DNA from: Leucoraja erinacea
Lineage: Eukaryota
NCBI RefSeq assembly: GCF_028641065.1
Contig: NW_026576141.1
Coordinates: forward strand, 62,001 to 125,771
Reading direction: 5' to 3'
DNA length: 63,771 nucleotides
Positions within the stretch are counted from its first letter, which is position 1; the number at the start of each line of letters is the position of its first letter. Shown here piece after piece: positions 24,503 through 37,597 of the stretch. The notes beneath the pieces are model-generated. The model was given only the letters and a program-made list of their open reading frames with translations. It was not told where the DNA came from and made no database searches. A program made the position numbers and the translations under genes.

Positions 24503-25450
24503 AAAGTGATAGGAGAAGAATTAGGCCATTCAGCCCCTCAAGTCTACCCCGCCATTCAATCATGGCTGATCTATCTCTCCCTCCTAACTACATTCTCCTG
24601 CCTTCTCCCCATAACCCCCGACACCCGTACAAATCAAGAATCTATCTATCTCTGCCTCAAAAATATCCACTGACTTGTGACCTTCACAGACTGGCAAAGA
24701 ATTTCACAGATTCACCACCCTCTGACTAAAGAAATTCCTCCTCATCTCCTTCCTAAAAGAACGTCCTTTAATTCTGATATAGATATAGAACAAATTAATG
24801 AATGATATGCAAAAAAATACCATGATTTGCCAATTAACCAACAAACCCGCAAGTGTTTGGGACGTGGGTGGAAACCGGAGCACCCGGGGTCACGGGGAGA
24901 ACGTACAAACTCTGCACAGACAGCACTGATGCCAACTGGTGTTCACCCCAACACAAGCACTATCCCACACAACAGGGGCAATCTACAGAAGCCAATTAGC
25001 CTAGCACCCGGAGAAAACCCACACAGGTGAGAACGTGCAAACTCCGTACAGACAGCGCCTGCAGTCAGGATGGAAGCTGGGTCTGTGGTGCTATGAGGCA
25101 GCAGCTCTTACCCGCTGCCTCCAGCACTGTGTGTTTGCTCTCAGTGGGAGCATGGTGCCTCTCGTGGATGTGGTGTGTGGTGCTGTGAGGCCTGGTGCTC
25201 AGTGGGAGCATGGTGCCTCTCGTGGACATGGTGTGAGGTGTGTGGTGCTGTGTGCCTCCAGCACTGTGTGTTTGCTCTCAGTGGGAGCTTGGTGCTTCTC
25301 GTGGATGTGGTGTGTGGTGCTGTGAGGCCCGGTGCTCAGTGGGAGCTTGGTGCTTCTCGTGGATGTGGTGTGTGGTGCTGTGAGGCCCGGTGCTCAGTGG
25401 GAGCTTGGTGCCTCTCGTGGATGTGGTGTGAGGTGTGTGGTGCTTTGCAG

Positions 25451-25580
25451 ATCATCGTGACGGTGTGGAAGAAAGATCAGGAGAAGGCGGAAGTCCGGGA
25501 GCGAGGCTACCTCACCATCCTACAGAACCAGAAACCCTCACAAATCTTCAAGGAGGATCAAAGCACTTTCAAAGCTCAAG
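25451..25580 (+). CDS. TRAPPC14: TRAPPC14 exon 3
   Basis: IIVTVWKK...GYLTILQ...FKEDQSTFKAQ; canonical AG/GT. Confidence 0.9.
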
Positions 25581-26398
25581 GTACAAAGTTGCTTTAAGTT
25601 TATTATTGTCACCTGTACCGGGGTATACAAACAGGCAAGTCGGCACATTGGTGCAGCGGGTAGAGCTGCTGCCTCACAGCGCCAGGGACCCAGGTTAGAT
25701 CCTGACTGCTGGTGCTGTCTGTACGGAGTTTGCACGTTCTCCCCGTGACCTGCGTGGGTTTTCCCCGAGATCTTCGGCTTCCTGCCACACTCCAAAGGTG
25801 TACAGGTTTGTAGGTTAATTGGCTTGATGTAAATGTGAATTGTCCCAATGGTAGTGTTAGTGTGCTGGCATCGCTGGTCGGAGCGGACTCGATGGGCTGA
25901 ATGGCCTGTTTCCGTGCTGTATCTAAACCGAGGGGCCAAGGGGGTGCTGGTACATGGTCCTGTGGACATGTGGTGCGCTTGCCTTCAATGGCCAGGGGAA
26001 GATAGACACAGAGTGCTGGAGTAACTCAGCGGGACAGGAAGCATCCCTGGAGAGAAGGAATGGGTGACGTTTCGGGTCGAGACCCTTCTTCAGACTCTGG
26101 TCGGCATGGGTGAGGTGGGCTGAAGGGATAGAAACATATAAAATAGGTGTAGGAGGAGGCCATTCGTCCCTTTGAGCTAGCACCACCATTCGATATGATC
26201 ATGGCTGATCATCCACAATCATCCTTCTACATTCCAGTGTATACAAGCCCAGTCGACCCATCCTTTGGATATGGGCTAGTGCAGGCATATGGGGAGTAGC
26301 TGGGTTTGGCAGCTTGGTGAGCATGGGTGAGGTGGGCGGAAGGGGCTAGTTTTGGTGCACGACACCCCCTGACTCTGCCTCTTTCCCCCTCTGTACAG

Positions 26399-26485
26399 TG
26401 AGCACATTACTGACGGTGCTACCGCCTCCTACTGTCCAGTGTCGGCAGCTCAACGTGTCGGGGAAGCAGCTCACCGTCATTAAAG
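26399..26485 (+). CDS. TRAPPC14: TRAPPC14 exon 4
   Basis: VSTLLTVLPPPTVQCRQLNVSGKQLTVIK; phases match. Confidence 0.9.
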
Positions 26486-27234
26486 GTGAGGAGTCTGTGA
26501 CGTGACGTCTGACAATTAATGTTCTCCTGACATCACCGTTGGGGAACACATCCGTGCATGAGGAGGCCATTCGGCCCTTCCAGCCGGCACCGCCATTCAA
26601 TATGATCACGGCTGATCAGCCACAATCAGTTCCCCGTTCCTGCTTTCTCCCCATATCCCTTCGTTCCGTTAGCCCCAAGAGCTAAATCTAACTCTCTCTT
26701 GAAAACATCCAGTGAATCGGCCTCCACTGCCGTCTGTGGCAGAGAATTCCACAGATTCACAACTCTCTGGGTGAAAATGTTTTTCCCCATCTCAGTCCTA
26801 AATGGCCGACCCCTTATTCTTAAACTGTGTGTGACCCCTGGTTCTGGACTCCCCCAACATCGGGGAACATGTTTCCTGCATCTAGCGTGTCCAATCCCTT
26901 AAGAATTTTATATGTTTCTATAAGATCCCTTCTCGTCCTTCCAAACTCCAGTGAATACTTTGCTAGTGAATATTGGCCCAAGAAGGCGCTTACAAAGCCC
27001 TCACTTTGGACAGCCCCCCCCCCCCCCCCCCCCCCCCTCTCCTCTCACCCGCCCCCTCACCCTAATGCTCAGCATTTCATCCGCACTGTGTAGGTTGCCC
27101 ACAAACCCCCCCCCCCCCCCCCCCCATCATGTCCCAGCATCTCACTGCCTTCCCTTGACTTCCTCCTCATCTCTCTCTCCCTTTTTCCCCTCTTCTCTTT
27201 CTCTCTCCCCCTCTCTCGCTCTTTCTCCCCCCAG

Positions 27235-27355
27235 TGTTGAACACATCATCCCAGGAGGAGATCTCTGTACTAGACGTGCGCATCTTGCCAAACTTCAACG
27301 CCAGTTACCTGCCCATGATGCCTGACGGCTCCATGTTGCTGGTGGACAACGTGTG
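27235..27355 (+). CDS. TRAPPC14: TRAPPC14 exon 5
   Basis: VLNTSSQEEISVLDVRILPNFNASYLPMMPDGSMLLVDNVC. Confidence 0.9.
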
Positions 27356-27876
27356 GTGAGATGCCACACCTGGGGGGGGGGGGGGGGGGGGGGGGAGAAG
27401 GGGCAAGGTGGGTGGGTGTAGTAGGGCATTGGGGGTGGGGGTGGGCAAGGGGTTTTGAAGGTGTGTTAGTTGGAAGAGGTGGGGGTTGGAGTGAGTGGGG
27501 TGGGGTTGGCGTGTGTGACTGTGGGTGTTTGGGGTCATAGTGGGGAGGGGAGGGGGGTGTGGGGGGGGGGGGGGTGTGGGGGGGGGGAGGGGTGCAAGGG
27601 TGGGGGTTGGGGGTGAGGGGGTGGGGTGGGGTGGTGGTGGGGGGCCGGGGGTCATAGTGGGGAGGGGGGTGAGTGTGGAGGGGGGTGAGGGGTGTGAGGG
27701 TGGGGGTTGGGTGTGGGGTGGGGTGTACTGGGCTGGGGTGTGAGGGTGGGGAGGGGGGGTGTAATGGTGGTGGGGTTGGGGGTGGGTGTGGGGTGTGGGC
27801 GGGGTGTGAGGGTGGGGTTGTGGGGGGTGTAAGGGTGGGGGGTCTCTGACATCTGTTTTCTCCCCCCTGCCTGCAG

Positions 27877-28029
27877 TCACCAGTCGGGGGAGGTGACAGT
27901 GGCATCGTTCCACCGGGTGGGGGCCGGGAGTCGAGGTGAGCTGCCCGTGGGGCTCCGGGCCCTGGAGGAGCAGGCCTTTCTCTTCCAGCTTCAGCTCAAC
28001 CAGCGACCCCCACACAGCACAGCAAGGAG
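27877..28029 (+). CDS. TRAPPC14: TRAPPC14 exon 6 (apparent 1-nt deletion near the 3' end)
   Basis: HQSGEVTVASFHR...ALEEQAFLFQL; ends in phase 2 although exon 7 needs phase 0. Confidence 0.8.
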
Positions 28030-28046
28030 GTAGGGGGCCGCACTGT

Positions 28047-28077
<31 letters not shown>

Positions 28078-28731
28078 CCCAGTCTCCGGGGAGGGGCCCC
28101 AGGGGAGGGAGGGAGGGCCGAGAGAGATCAGACACGATGGGCCGAATGGCGGTTCAATAGCGCCCTCATTCTATGCAGAGGTCGGTACCGTTCATTTTAG
28201 AGATACAGTGCGGAAACAGGCCCTTCGGCCCATCGAGGTGGTGCCGACCAGCGATCCCTGCACACTAACACTATCGTACACACACTAGACACAATTTACA
28301 ATCTTTACTGAAGCCAATTAACCTACAAACCTGGAGTGTGGGAGAAAACCGGAGCGCCCGGAGAAAACCCACGCAGGTCATGGGGAGAACGTGCAAACTC
28401 CTTACAGACAGCACCAGTCGTCAGGATGGAACTCGGGTCTCTGGCGCTGTGAGGCAGCAGCTCCACCCGCTGCGGTTTAGATTGAGTTGTTCTCCCCGTG
28501 ACTGTGTGTGGGGATTGGTCAGGACACACACTAACTGTTTGTCTGTGGCTCTGTGTGTGTGTCTGTGTCCCTGTCTGTGTGTGTGTGTGTGTCTATGTCC
28601 CTGTGTCTGTGTCCCTGTTTATGTCCCTGTGTCTGTGTCCCTGTTTGTGTGTGTGTGTCTGTGTGTGTCTGTGTGTGTCTGTGTATGTTGTGTCCCTGTG
28701 TCTATGTCCCTGTGCCTGTTCTCACCCTCAG

Positions 28732-28814
28732 GGTCTGGAGGTTCCTCTGACCGCCATTGTCCACTGGTCCCCACACAACCCGCAACAGGTGAACAGGATC
28801 TACACCCACTACAG
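28732..28814 (+). CDS. TRAPPC14: TRAPPC14 exon 7
   Basis: [13 protein letters not shown]...IYTHYR. Confidence 0.9.
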
Positions 28815-29212
28815 GTGGGTGACAACAAACTACACCCCCTCCCTCCCCACCCCCCCCCCACCCCCTCCCCTCCTCTCCCCCACCCCCCTCCTCTCCTCCC
28901 CACCCCCCCCTCCTCTCCCCACCCCCCCCCTCCTCTCTCACCCCCTCCTCCTCCTCTCCCCCCACCCCCCCCCTCCCCTCCTCTCCCCCCCCCCCACCAG
29001 TGTCCTCTCACAGGCCCTTCAGCCCCTCCCTCCACCCCTCCCACCCTCCCCCTCTCTCTCCCCGCCCCCCAATATCTTGGTCTTGACCCCGTCCATCCAT
29101 TTTCAGCTGCATCACACCGCTGACTGACCCTGACTGAATCCCTTTGAGCCCGCACCTGCTCGAGTCTGTAGAATCTCCGCTGATCTCTCTCTCTCCCCCC
29201 CCCCCTGCCCAG

Positions 29213-29346
29213 CTTGCCGACTCACCATCGAATTCAGACACGGTTGGTGATGACAGCATCGTGCCAGTCATCTCTGAAATAAACATTGTCCTAAAAATGA
29301 ACTTTACACTGACACACACCGTGACTAGCGAGCTAGCTGGCACCTG
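29213..29346 (+). CDS. TRAPPC14: TRAPPC14 exon 8, degenerate or mis-assembled
   Basis: cccag|C TTG CCG...LVMTASCQS aligns with the expected LPS...FVMTASC; in-frame stops follow; donor gtgggt. Confidence 0.55.
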
Positions 29347-30149
29347 GTGGGTGGGGGGGGGGGGGGGGGGGGGGGGGCACAGGGGGGAGGGGGCCTGGTG
29401 TGGTCCCCAGGGTGGGGTCTCTGCAGACAGGCAGGGACGCAGATAGTTTACAAGGATGAGGGGGGACGTCATTGAAATGTACAGAACAGTGAAAGGCCTG
29501 GATAGAGTGGGTGTGGAGAGGATGTTTCCACTAGTGGGAGACTCTAGGACCAGAGGGCACAGCCTCAGAATTAAAGGACGTTCCTTTAGGAAGGAGATGA
29601 GGAGGAATTTCTTTAGCCAGAGGGTGGTGAATCTGTGGGATTCGTTGCCACAGACGGCTGTGGAGGCCACAAGTCAGTGGATATATTTAAGGCAGAGATT
29701 GATAGATTCTTGATTAGTGCGGGTGTCAGGGGTTATGGGGAGAAGGCAGGAGAATGGGGTTAGGAGGGAGAGACAGATCAGCCATGAATGAATAGACTTG
29801 ATGGGCCGAATGGCCTAATTCTGCTCCTATCACGTGAACTTGGGGGGGGGGGGGGGACAGGAGGTGGCGGGGTAGGAACGGGCTGCAGGTTTCTACAACA
29901 CACGGGCAGGTGGGACTGGCATAGTTGGGGCATCTGGGCCAACATGGGAGGGAGGGGCCTGAATGGCCTGTGTTGGTGACTCGTGTCTGTCTTTGTGATG
30001 ATGTCGACTGTACATCTGTGTGTTCTCAGCATCTGTGACTGTGATGATGCTTCTTCCCCCAACCCCCCCTCTCTCACCCCCCCCCCCCCCCCCTCTCCCC
30101 CCTCCTCCCCCCCCCCCCCCCCCCCTCACCCCCCCCCCCACACACACAG

Positions 30150-30302
30150 GGCAGCACCAGGGGGAAGGGGCAGCAGGGGGTAGAGACCTCCCTGGGGTCA
30201 GTGATCTGCCACACCCCCCTCAACCACCTGGGCCAGTGTCGCAAGGGGACGGCCCTCACCTACAGCGTGGCCTTCCAGGGGCTGCGGGCCGGTCTGTTTG
30301 AG
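30150..30302 (+). CDS. TRAPPC14: TRAPPC14 exon 9
   Basis: SVICHTPLNHLGQCRKGTALTYSVAFQGLRAGLFE; donor gtaacc. Confidence 0.85.
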
Positions 30303-31316
30303 GTAACCTCTCTGCTTTCTCCCCCCCCCCGCTCCCCCCCACCTCCCGCCCCTCCTCACCCCCCCCCCCTCCTCTCTCCCCATCCCCCCCCCCTCCCAGA
30401 GAGCAACCCCATTCCCCTTCCCACTCTCCCCACCCCCTCATCGAGTCCGTGCCGAACAGTGATCCCTGCTCACTAACACTATCCTACACACACTAGAGAC
30501 AAAATGTTTTACAGAAGCCATTTAACCTACAAACCCGCACGTCTTTGGAATGTGGGAGGAAACCGGGTCACCCGGAGAAAACCCACGCAGGTCACGCACG
30601 GGCAGAACGTGCAAACTCCGTACAGACAGCACCCGTAGTCAGGATGGGACCCGGGTCTGTGGCGCTGTGAGGCAGCAGCTCTACCCGCTGTGGGGCCTGT
30701 AACTTGTTGCCGGGGGGGGGGGGGGGGGGGGGGAGATACGACAGTGGCGTTTGGGATGGTCGGTACATGGACAGGCAGGGAATGGAGGATGTGGATCAAC
30801 AGACAATAGTGCAGGAGTAGAGGCCATTCGGCCCTTCCAGCCAGCACCGCCATTCAATGTGATCATGGCTGATCATCCCCAATCAGTACCCTGTTCCTGC
30901 CTTCTCCGAATATATCCCCTGACTCCGCTATCTTTAAGAGCCCTATCTAGCTCTCTCTTGAAAGCATCCAGAGAACCGGCCTCTGAGGCAGAGAATTCCA
31001 CAGACTCACAACTCTCTGTGTCTGAGAAAAAATGTTTCCTCATCTCCGTTCTAAATCGCTTATTCCCTATTCTTAAACTGTGGCCCCTGGTTCTGGACTC
31101 CCCCAACATCGGGAACATGTTTCCTGCATCTAGCGTGTCCAAACCCTTAACAATCGCATACGTGTCAATAAGATATCCTCTCATCCTTCTAAACTCCAAA
31201 GTCCAGTCGCTCCATTCTATCAACATATTCAGCACGGACATTGTGGGTCGAAGGGCCTGAATCTGCTCTGAATTGTTCTGTGATGTTTAACCTGCTCTAT
31301 TTCTCTCCCCCCCCAG

Positions 31317-31537
31317 CTGAGCCAGCACATGAAGCTGAAGCTGCAGTTCACGGCCAGGGTTGGGGTTGGGGTTGGGGTGGGGGGAGGAGGGGGGGGAGAG
31401 GCAAGGCCGGTGTCGAGGAAGAGCAGCCCAGGCAGCCCAGCCGTGCGGGAGCTGATGGAGCGACAACAGGGCGGGGGTCTGGGACGTTCCCAGTCCTTCT
31501 CCCACCAGCAGCCGTCTAGAGCAGCCCACCTCATGAG
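31317..31537 (+). CDS. TRAPPC14: TRAPPC14 exon 10
   Basis: LSQHMKLKLQFTA...SRKSSPGSPAVRELMER...LGRSQSFSHQQPSR...LMR. Confidence 0.9.
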
Positions 31538-32097
31538 GTGAGACCCCCCCCCCCCCGACCCTCCCCCCGCCTGCTCCCCACCCCCCCCCCGACCCCCCGC
31601 CCCCCAACCCCCCTTCCCCCCTCCAACCCCCCTCCCACCCATGAGGTGAGACCCCCCCCCCCCCCCCAACATCTTCCCCGTCTGCTCCCCAACCCCCCCC
31701 CCCGGTGAGACCCCCCCCCCCCCCGAACTCCCCCCTGCCCTCCCCCAACCCCCCCCCCCCCCTCCCCAATCACCCGTTCCCCTAACCCCCCCCCCTCAAC
31801 CCCTCCCCACCACCAGCCGTCCAGAGCAGCCCACCTCATGAGGTGAGACCCCCTTCCCCGACCTCTCCCTCCCTGTCCTCCCCCCCCCTCGCCCCACCCC
31901 CCCCCCCAAAACCCCCCTTCCCCAACCTCTCCCCCCCCGATCTCTCCCCACCTGCCTTCCCCCCCCAAACCCCATCCCCCATCCCCCCCCAACCTCTCCC
32001 TCCTACCTGCCCTCCTTCCCCAAAACCCCCTCCCCCCCCCGCCTGGTCCCAGTCTCCCCCTGACCCTGTGCCTCTCTCTCTGTGTCCCCCCCCCCAG

Positions 32098-32251
32098 GAC
32101 GGGCAGTGTAATGGAGCGTCGAGCTGTCACCCCTCCGGTCAGTTCACCACTGGGCCGCCCCCTGTATCTACCGGCGGAGAGATCAGCGCTGTCCGTGGAC
32201 AAGATCGCCAAACGCGAGTGTAAGGTGTTGGTGCTGGAGCCGGGGTTCTAG
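32098..32251 (+). CDS. TRAPPC14: TRAPPC14 exon 11 (stop TAG)
   Basis: TGSVMERRAVTPPVSSPLGRPLYLP...DKIAKRECKVLVLEPGF*. Confidence 0.9.
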
Positions 32252-32439
32252 AGCCCCTCCCCCCCCACACACTGGGGCCAATTCCCCCTCCTCCCACACG
32301 ACCCCTGGGGGTCCATCGCTTCCCTCCTGTAGGGACCCCTCCCCTCTCGTAATGACCCTGCACCTGGGGGGAGAGGGGGGTGGGGGCTACCCATGGGGAA
32401 CGAACTGCTGGCTGCTCATCGAAGATTCCTCCTCGTCCC

Positions 32440-33240
32440 AGACCGTCTGCAAGGGCCCCAGGCCGTCTGGACACTGAGCCTTGGCTCCCTGCTGTCAGTG
32501 AGGGCCCCAGGCCGTCTGGTCACTCTGAGCCTTGGCTCCCTGCTGTCTGCAAGGGCCCCAGGCTGTCTGGTCACTCTGAGCCTTGGCTCCCTGCTGTCGG
32601 GGAGGGCCCCAGGCCGTCTGGTCACTGAGCCTTGGCTCCCTGCTGTTGGGGAGGGCCCCAGGCTGTCTGGTCACTGAGCCTTGGCTCCCTGCTGTCAGTG
32701 AGGGCCCCAGGCCGTCTGGTCACTCTGAGCCTTGGCTCCCTGCTGTCTGCAAGGGCCCCAGGCTGCCTGGGCACTCTGAGCCTTGGCTCCCTGCTGTCGG
32801 GGAGGGCCCCAGGCCGTCTGGTCACTGAGCCTTGGCTCCCTGCTGTCTACAAGGGCCCCAGGCTGTCTGGTCACTCTGAGCCTTGGCTCCCTGCTGTCTG
32901 CAAGGGCCCCAGGCTGTCTGGTCTCTGAACCTTGGCTCCCTGCTGTCTGCAAGGGCCCCAGGCTCTCTGGTCACTGAGCCTTGGCTCCCTGCTGTCTGCA
33001 AGGGCCCCAGGCTGTCTGGTCACTCTGAGCCTTGGCTCCCTGCTGTCGGGGAGGGCCCCAGGCTGTCTGGTCACTGAGCCTTGGCTCCCTGCTGTCTGCA
33101 AGGGCCCCAGGCTCTCTGGTCACTGAGCCTTGGCTCCCTGCTGTCTGCCCCAGGCTGTCTGGTCACTCTGAGCCTTGGCTCCCTGCTGTCGGGGAGGGCC
33201 CCAGGCTGTCTGGTCACTGAGCCTTGGCTCCCTGCTGTCA
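32440..33240. repeat. 49/51-bp minisatellite downstream of the TRAPPC14 stop
   Basis: Unit CTGAGCCTTGGCTCCCTGCTGTCTGCAAGGGCCCCAGGCTGTCTGGTCACT. Confidence 0.92.
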
Positions 33241-34741
33241 GGGAGGGGGTGAGGAGGGGACGTCGCTTCCCACTGATCTGCACCAAACGCCAGCACAAGC
33301 ACCCAGCGGGTAGAGCTGGTGCCTCACAACGAAACAGGCCCGGGCGCTGTCTGTACGGAGTTTGCACATTCTCTCCCCGTGACCTGCATGGGTTTCCCCC
33401 GGGTGCTCCGGTTTCCTCCCACACTCCAAAGACGTGCAGGTTCGTAGGTTAATTGGCTTCTGTAAATTGTCCCCAATGTGTGTGTAGGATAGTGTCAGTG
33501 TGCGGGGATCGCTGGTCGGCACGGACTCGGTGGGCCGAAGGGCCTGAATCTCTAAACTAAACTAAACCCATCCAGTATTAACAATGCATCCAGGGCTGGA
33601 GATAAGAAGCGTGCAAGGTTGCAACTAAAGTGCAGTATTCACATCTGGAGAAGGGTCCCGACCCAAAACATCCCCTCCAGATGCTGCCTGACCCGCTGAG
33701 TTACTCCAGCACTCTGTGAAACGTCACCTATCCATGTTCTCCACAGATGCTGCCTGACCCGCTGAGTTACTCCAGCACTCTGTGTCTGTCTTTGACCTGT
33801 TTCCATGCTGTATCTCCAAACCAAATCTGTTTTTTTTTTAAACCTGCCCCACACATCTCCTTTAAAGTTCGCCCCTCTCACCTTAAAGCTTTCACTTTGC
33901 TGCTCATTGGGGTATCTATCGCACAATGCACAAGGTTTCTCCATCCCAGGATGTAGGAGGAACAGATTGAATTTCCCAAAGAACTCTCTCTCCCTCTCCC
34001 TCTCTGAACGGTCTGGAGTGTTGGGGGGGGGGGGAGAGGCAGATTCAACAGGGAGCTGAAGGGCAACTTTGTCACACAGAGGGTGGTGGGTGTACGGAAC
34101 GAGCTGCCAGAGGAGGTAGTTGAGGCTGTGACCATCGCAACGTTTAATACACTTTGGACAGGTCAGGTGTTGGTGGATGTGGGCCAAAACGCGGACCCCA
34201 TGTGGGGCTCAGAGACGGCGTTGAGATGTTTTAGCCCCCCCCCCCAGGTAACGGCAACACCATTCCTTGTATTGGAGGCAGAGCAGAGCAGAGCAGATGC
34301 TGAAAGAACGAGTCGACTGGGCTTGTATTCACTGGAATTCAGAATGATGAGAGGGGATCTTATAGAAACATAACATTCTTATGGGATTGGCACACGCTAG
34401 GTGTAGGAAATGTTCCCCATGTTGGGGGGAAGAATCCAGAACCAGGGGCCACACAGTTTAAAAATAAGGGGTCGGCCATTTAGGACTGAGATGAGGAAAC
34501 ACTTTTCCACCCAGAGAGTTGTGTGAATCTGTGGAATTCTCTGCCTCAGACGGCAGTGGAGGCCGATTCAATGGATGTTTTCAAGAGAGTTAGATTTAGC
34601 TCTTGGGGCTAACGGAATGGAGGGATATGGAGAGAAAGCAGGATTGTGGATGATCAGCCGTGATCATATTGAATGGGGGTGCAGGCTGGAAGGGCCGAAT
34701 GGCCTCTACTCCTGCACCTATTTTCAATGTTTCTATGTATA

Positions 34742-34912
34742 GACTGCGACCATTTTGCTGGACATTTACACTCAGTCGGTCAGGACCTGTTAAATCTTCC
34801 GCATGCCAAACACTTTAACTCCCCTTCCCATTCCCACACTGACCTCTGTGTCCCAGACCTCCTCCACTGGCAGAGTAAGGCCACACACAAACTGGACGGT
34901 CAGCATCTCACG
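34742..34912 (+). mobile_element. Penelope-like element fragment (GIY-YIG C-terminal region)
   Basis: DHFAGHLHSV...AKHFNSPSHSHTDL...ATHKLDGQHL; related fragment at ~59290-59372. Confidence 0.7.
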
Positions 34913-36779
34913 AGACCATAAGCGATAGGTGCAGAAATAGGCCATTCGGCCCAACGGTATGGACAGTGAATTCTAGTTTTAGGTGAGCAACCCTTCCACC
35001 CATGTGACCCACATGGACACGCACACATTTCCTCCCCTCTGTCCGTGACCAAACTCCAGGGAGATTGTCGGGTAAAGCAGGTCTCGGCCCCTCACAACCC
35101 AGTCCAGGTGACAACGGGTGCCACATTGTACAGGGAGAAGGCAGGAGGCTGGGATCAGCCATGATAGAATGGAGTAGACGGGATGGGCCGAATGGCCTGA
35201 TTCTGCCCCTAGACCCAGCAGGATAATGATGAGTGTGTGTTGGGAACTGCCTTTACATCATCGTTTATTTTTAACAGAATGCACTTTATTTAAATGTAAC
35301 TTATTGACTTTGTGGTGTTGATTTAATCATGGAGTTTGTACACATTCCGCTAATGTAACAGTGACTACTGAGAAAGTGTTCTCTCCTCCGTGAATGGCTT
35401 GGTCTGGGAGAGATCACTGCTGCTGTACCTGTGTGACCATCTCCATTGCTGAAATAAAGTCATGTCCACAGCCACGGGTCTCTCTCTCTCTCTCTCTCTG
35501 TTTAACACGTACACACACACGCACACACGCACGTACGTACACTTACACACGTACACGTACGCACACACATATGCACGTACACACACGTATGCACGTACAC
35601 ACGCACGTACACACACACACGCACACACATACGTACGTATGCACGCACACGTACACACACACGCACTTACGCTTACACACGCACACGTACACACACACGC
35701 ACTTACGCTTGCACACGTACGCACGCACACACACGCACATGCACCATGCACGCACACACACGTACGCACGCAAACGTATGCACACACACGAGTACACACA
35801 CACACGTACGCACACACGAGCAAACACACGTACGCACTCACACACGGTGGCACAGCTTACACCCTACAAGGCCATCAACAATGGGTGCAGAATTAGGCCA
35901 TTCGGCCCAACGGTATGGACAGTGAATTCTAGTTTTAGGTGACGAACCTCCCCTTCCACCCATGTGACCCACACGGACACGCACACATGCTTGATCAATG
36001 GTGTTTTATCATTAATGTTTAGTGTTTTCCGAGTCATTCGTAACTGTCACTGTACGTCATGTTGTTACTTGTGGGCGGAGCACCAAGGCAAATTCCTTGT
36101 ATGGGAATACTTGTCCAATTAACTTACTTTCCTCCACATAACCCTCCCCCTGGCTTCACAGTTCACCCCTTGTCCGTCCTCTTTCCCCCAATCAGTCTGA
36201 GGAAGGGTCTCGACCCAAAAACGTCACCTATCCATGTTCTCCACAGATGCTGCCTGACCCGCTGAGTTACTCCAGCACTCTGTGTCTGTCCACTGTGTAA
36301 GCACTCTGTGTCTGTCCACTGTGTAAACCAGCATCTGCAGTTCCTTCCTGAGCGGAAGTTAGACAAGGCGTGCGAGCGTGTGTGAGCAGCAAGAGGTTTA
36401 TTTTGATACGACGGGCAAACAGGAACAAAACATATTCTGTGACTCACTCACACGATGTGAACTCACACCCACCCACACCCTCCTCTTCCTGTCACCAGCC
36501 TGATTACAATCTGCAGAGACATCATTTATCAGAAACAGCCCAGACCAAAATAAACTTGTGCAGCAGGGGGGGAGGGAGGAGAGGGGGTGGGGAGAACGAG
36601 GGAGGGGAAGGGGGAGAGGGGACGATGGAGGAGGAGAACGAGGCAATTAGGGGAAGAGGGGGGAGGGGAAGGAGGTGATTGTCGACGAGTGGAGTTTCTC
36701 TTCCTTTATCCGCGGGGAGAGGATGTGATGGGAACCGTCTGGAGTGTTGTGGAGGGGACGGGACAGGAGGAGGCGCTGG

Positions 36780-36878
36780 TCACACCTCGACTGCTTCATG
36801 AGGGTTGTTGTGTCTCTTCACCACAAACACCTTTCTGTCCAGAGATGGTGGCCATGTACGTGTGTTCCCCAAACACCA
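36780..36878 (-). CDS. LAMTOR4: LAMTOR4 exon 4 (apparent +1 nt)
   Basis: VVFGEHTYMATISGQK / VFVVKRHNNPHEAVEV*; candidate AATAAA at 36397-36402(-). Confidence 0.85.
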   Translation of the reverse strand, partial: WCLGNTRTWPPSLDRKVFVVKRHNNPHEAVEV

Positions 36879-37018
36879 CTGGGAGTAGAGACAGAGAGAG
36901 ACTTGGTCAATGCCCCGCTCACCGCTCCCCTCCCCCCCCACCCCCCCCCCCCCCCCCCCCGCCACGCAATCCCCACACCCCTCCATGTATGTGTGTTCCC
37001 CAAACACCACTGGGAGCA

Positions 37019-37597
37019 GAGTCCACATCTCTGAGGATATGACATGGTCATCACACGCCTCAGCACTGGTGAGTAAGGCAAGGCAGCGTCTTTACCACCT
37101 CAGGCAATTGAGGAAATTCAGAGTGTCTCCGAGGATCCTACAGTGCTTCTACGCAGCGGCGGTGGAAAGCATCTTGTCCGGGAACATTACCATCTGGTTC
37201 GGGAATTGCTCTGCCAAGGACAAGAAGGCTCTGCAGAGAGTAGTGCGTTTGGCCGAACGCACTATGGGAACTTCACTCGCCCCCCTGCAGGAACTATACA
37301 ACTCTACGGTCAGGCAAACGCCTCCGTTGCCATGCGGTGAGAACGGAGAGGTTGAGAAGGAGTTTCTTCCCAGAGGCCATTCGGACTGTAAACGCCTATC
37401 TCACCAGGGACTAACTGTACAGAACGTTTTTCCTTCCATTATTTATTATGTAAAAGAATATGTGTGTTATGATTGTGTTTATAATTTGTTTGGTTGTTTT
37501 GTTGTTTGTCTTTTGCACAAAAGTCCGCGAGCATTGCCACTTTCATTTCACTGCACATCTCGTATGTGTATGTGACAAATAAACTTGACTTGACTTG
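37019..37597 (+). mobile_element. Rex1/Babar-type LINE 3' end
   Basis: ISEDMTWSSH...KARQRLYHLRQLRKF...FYAAAVESILSGNITIWFGNC; AATAAA followed by a (CTTGA)n tail. Confidence 0.8.
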
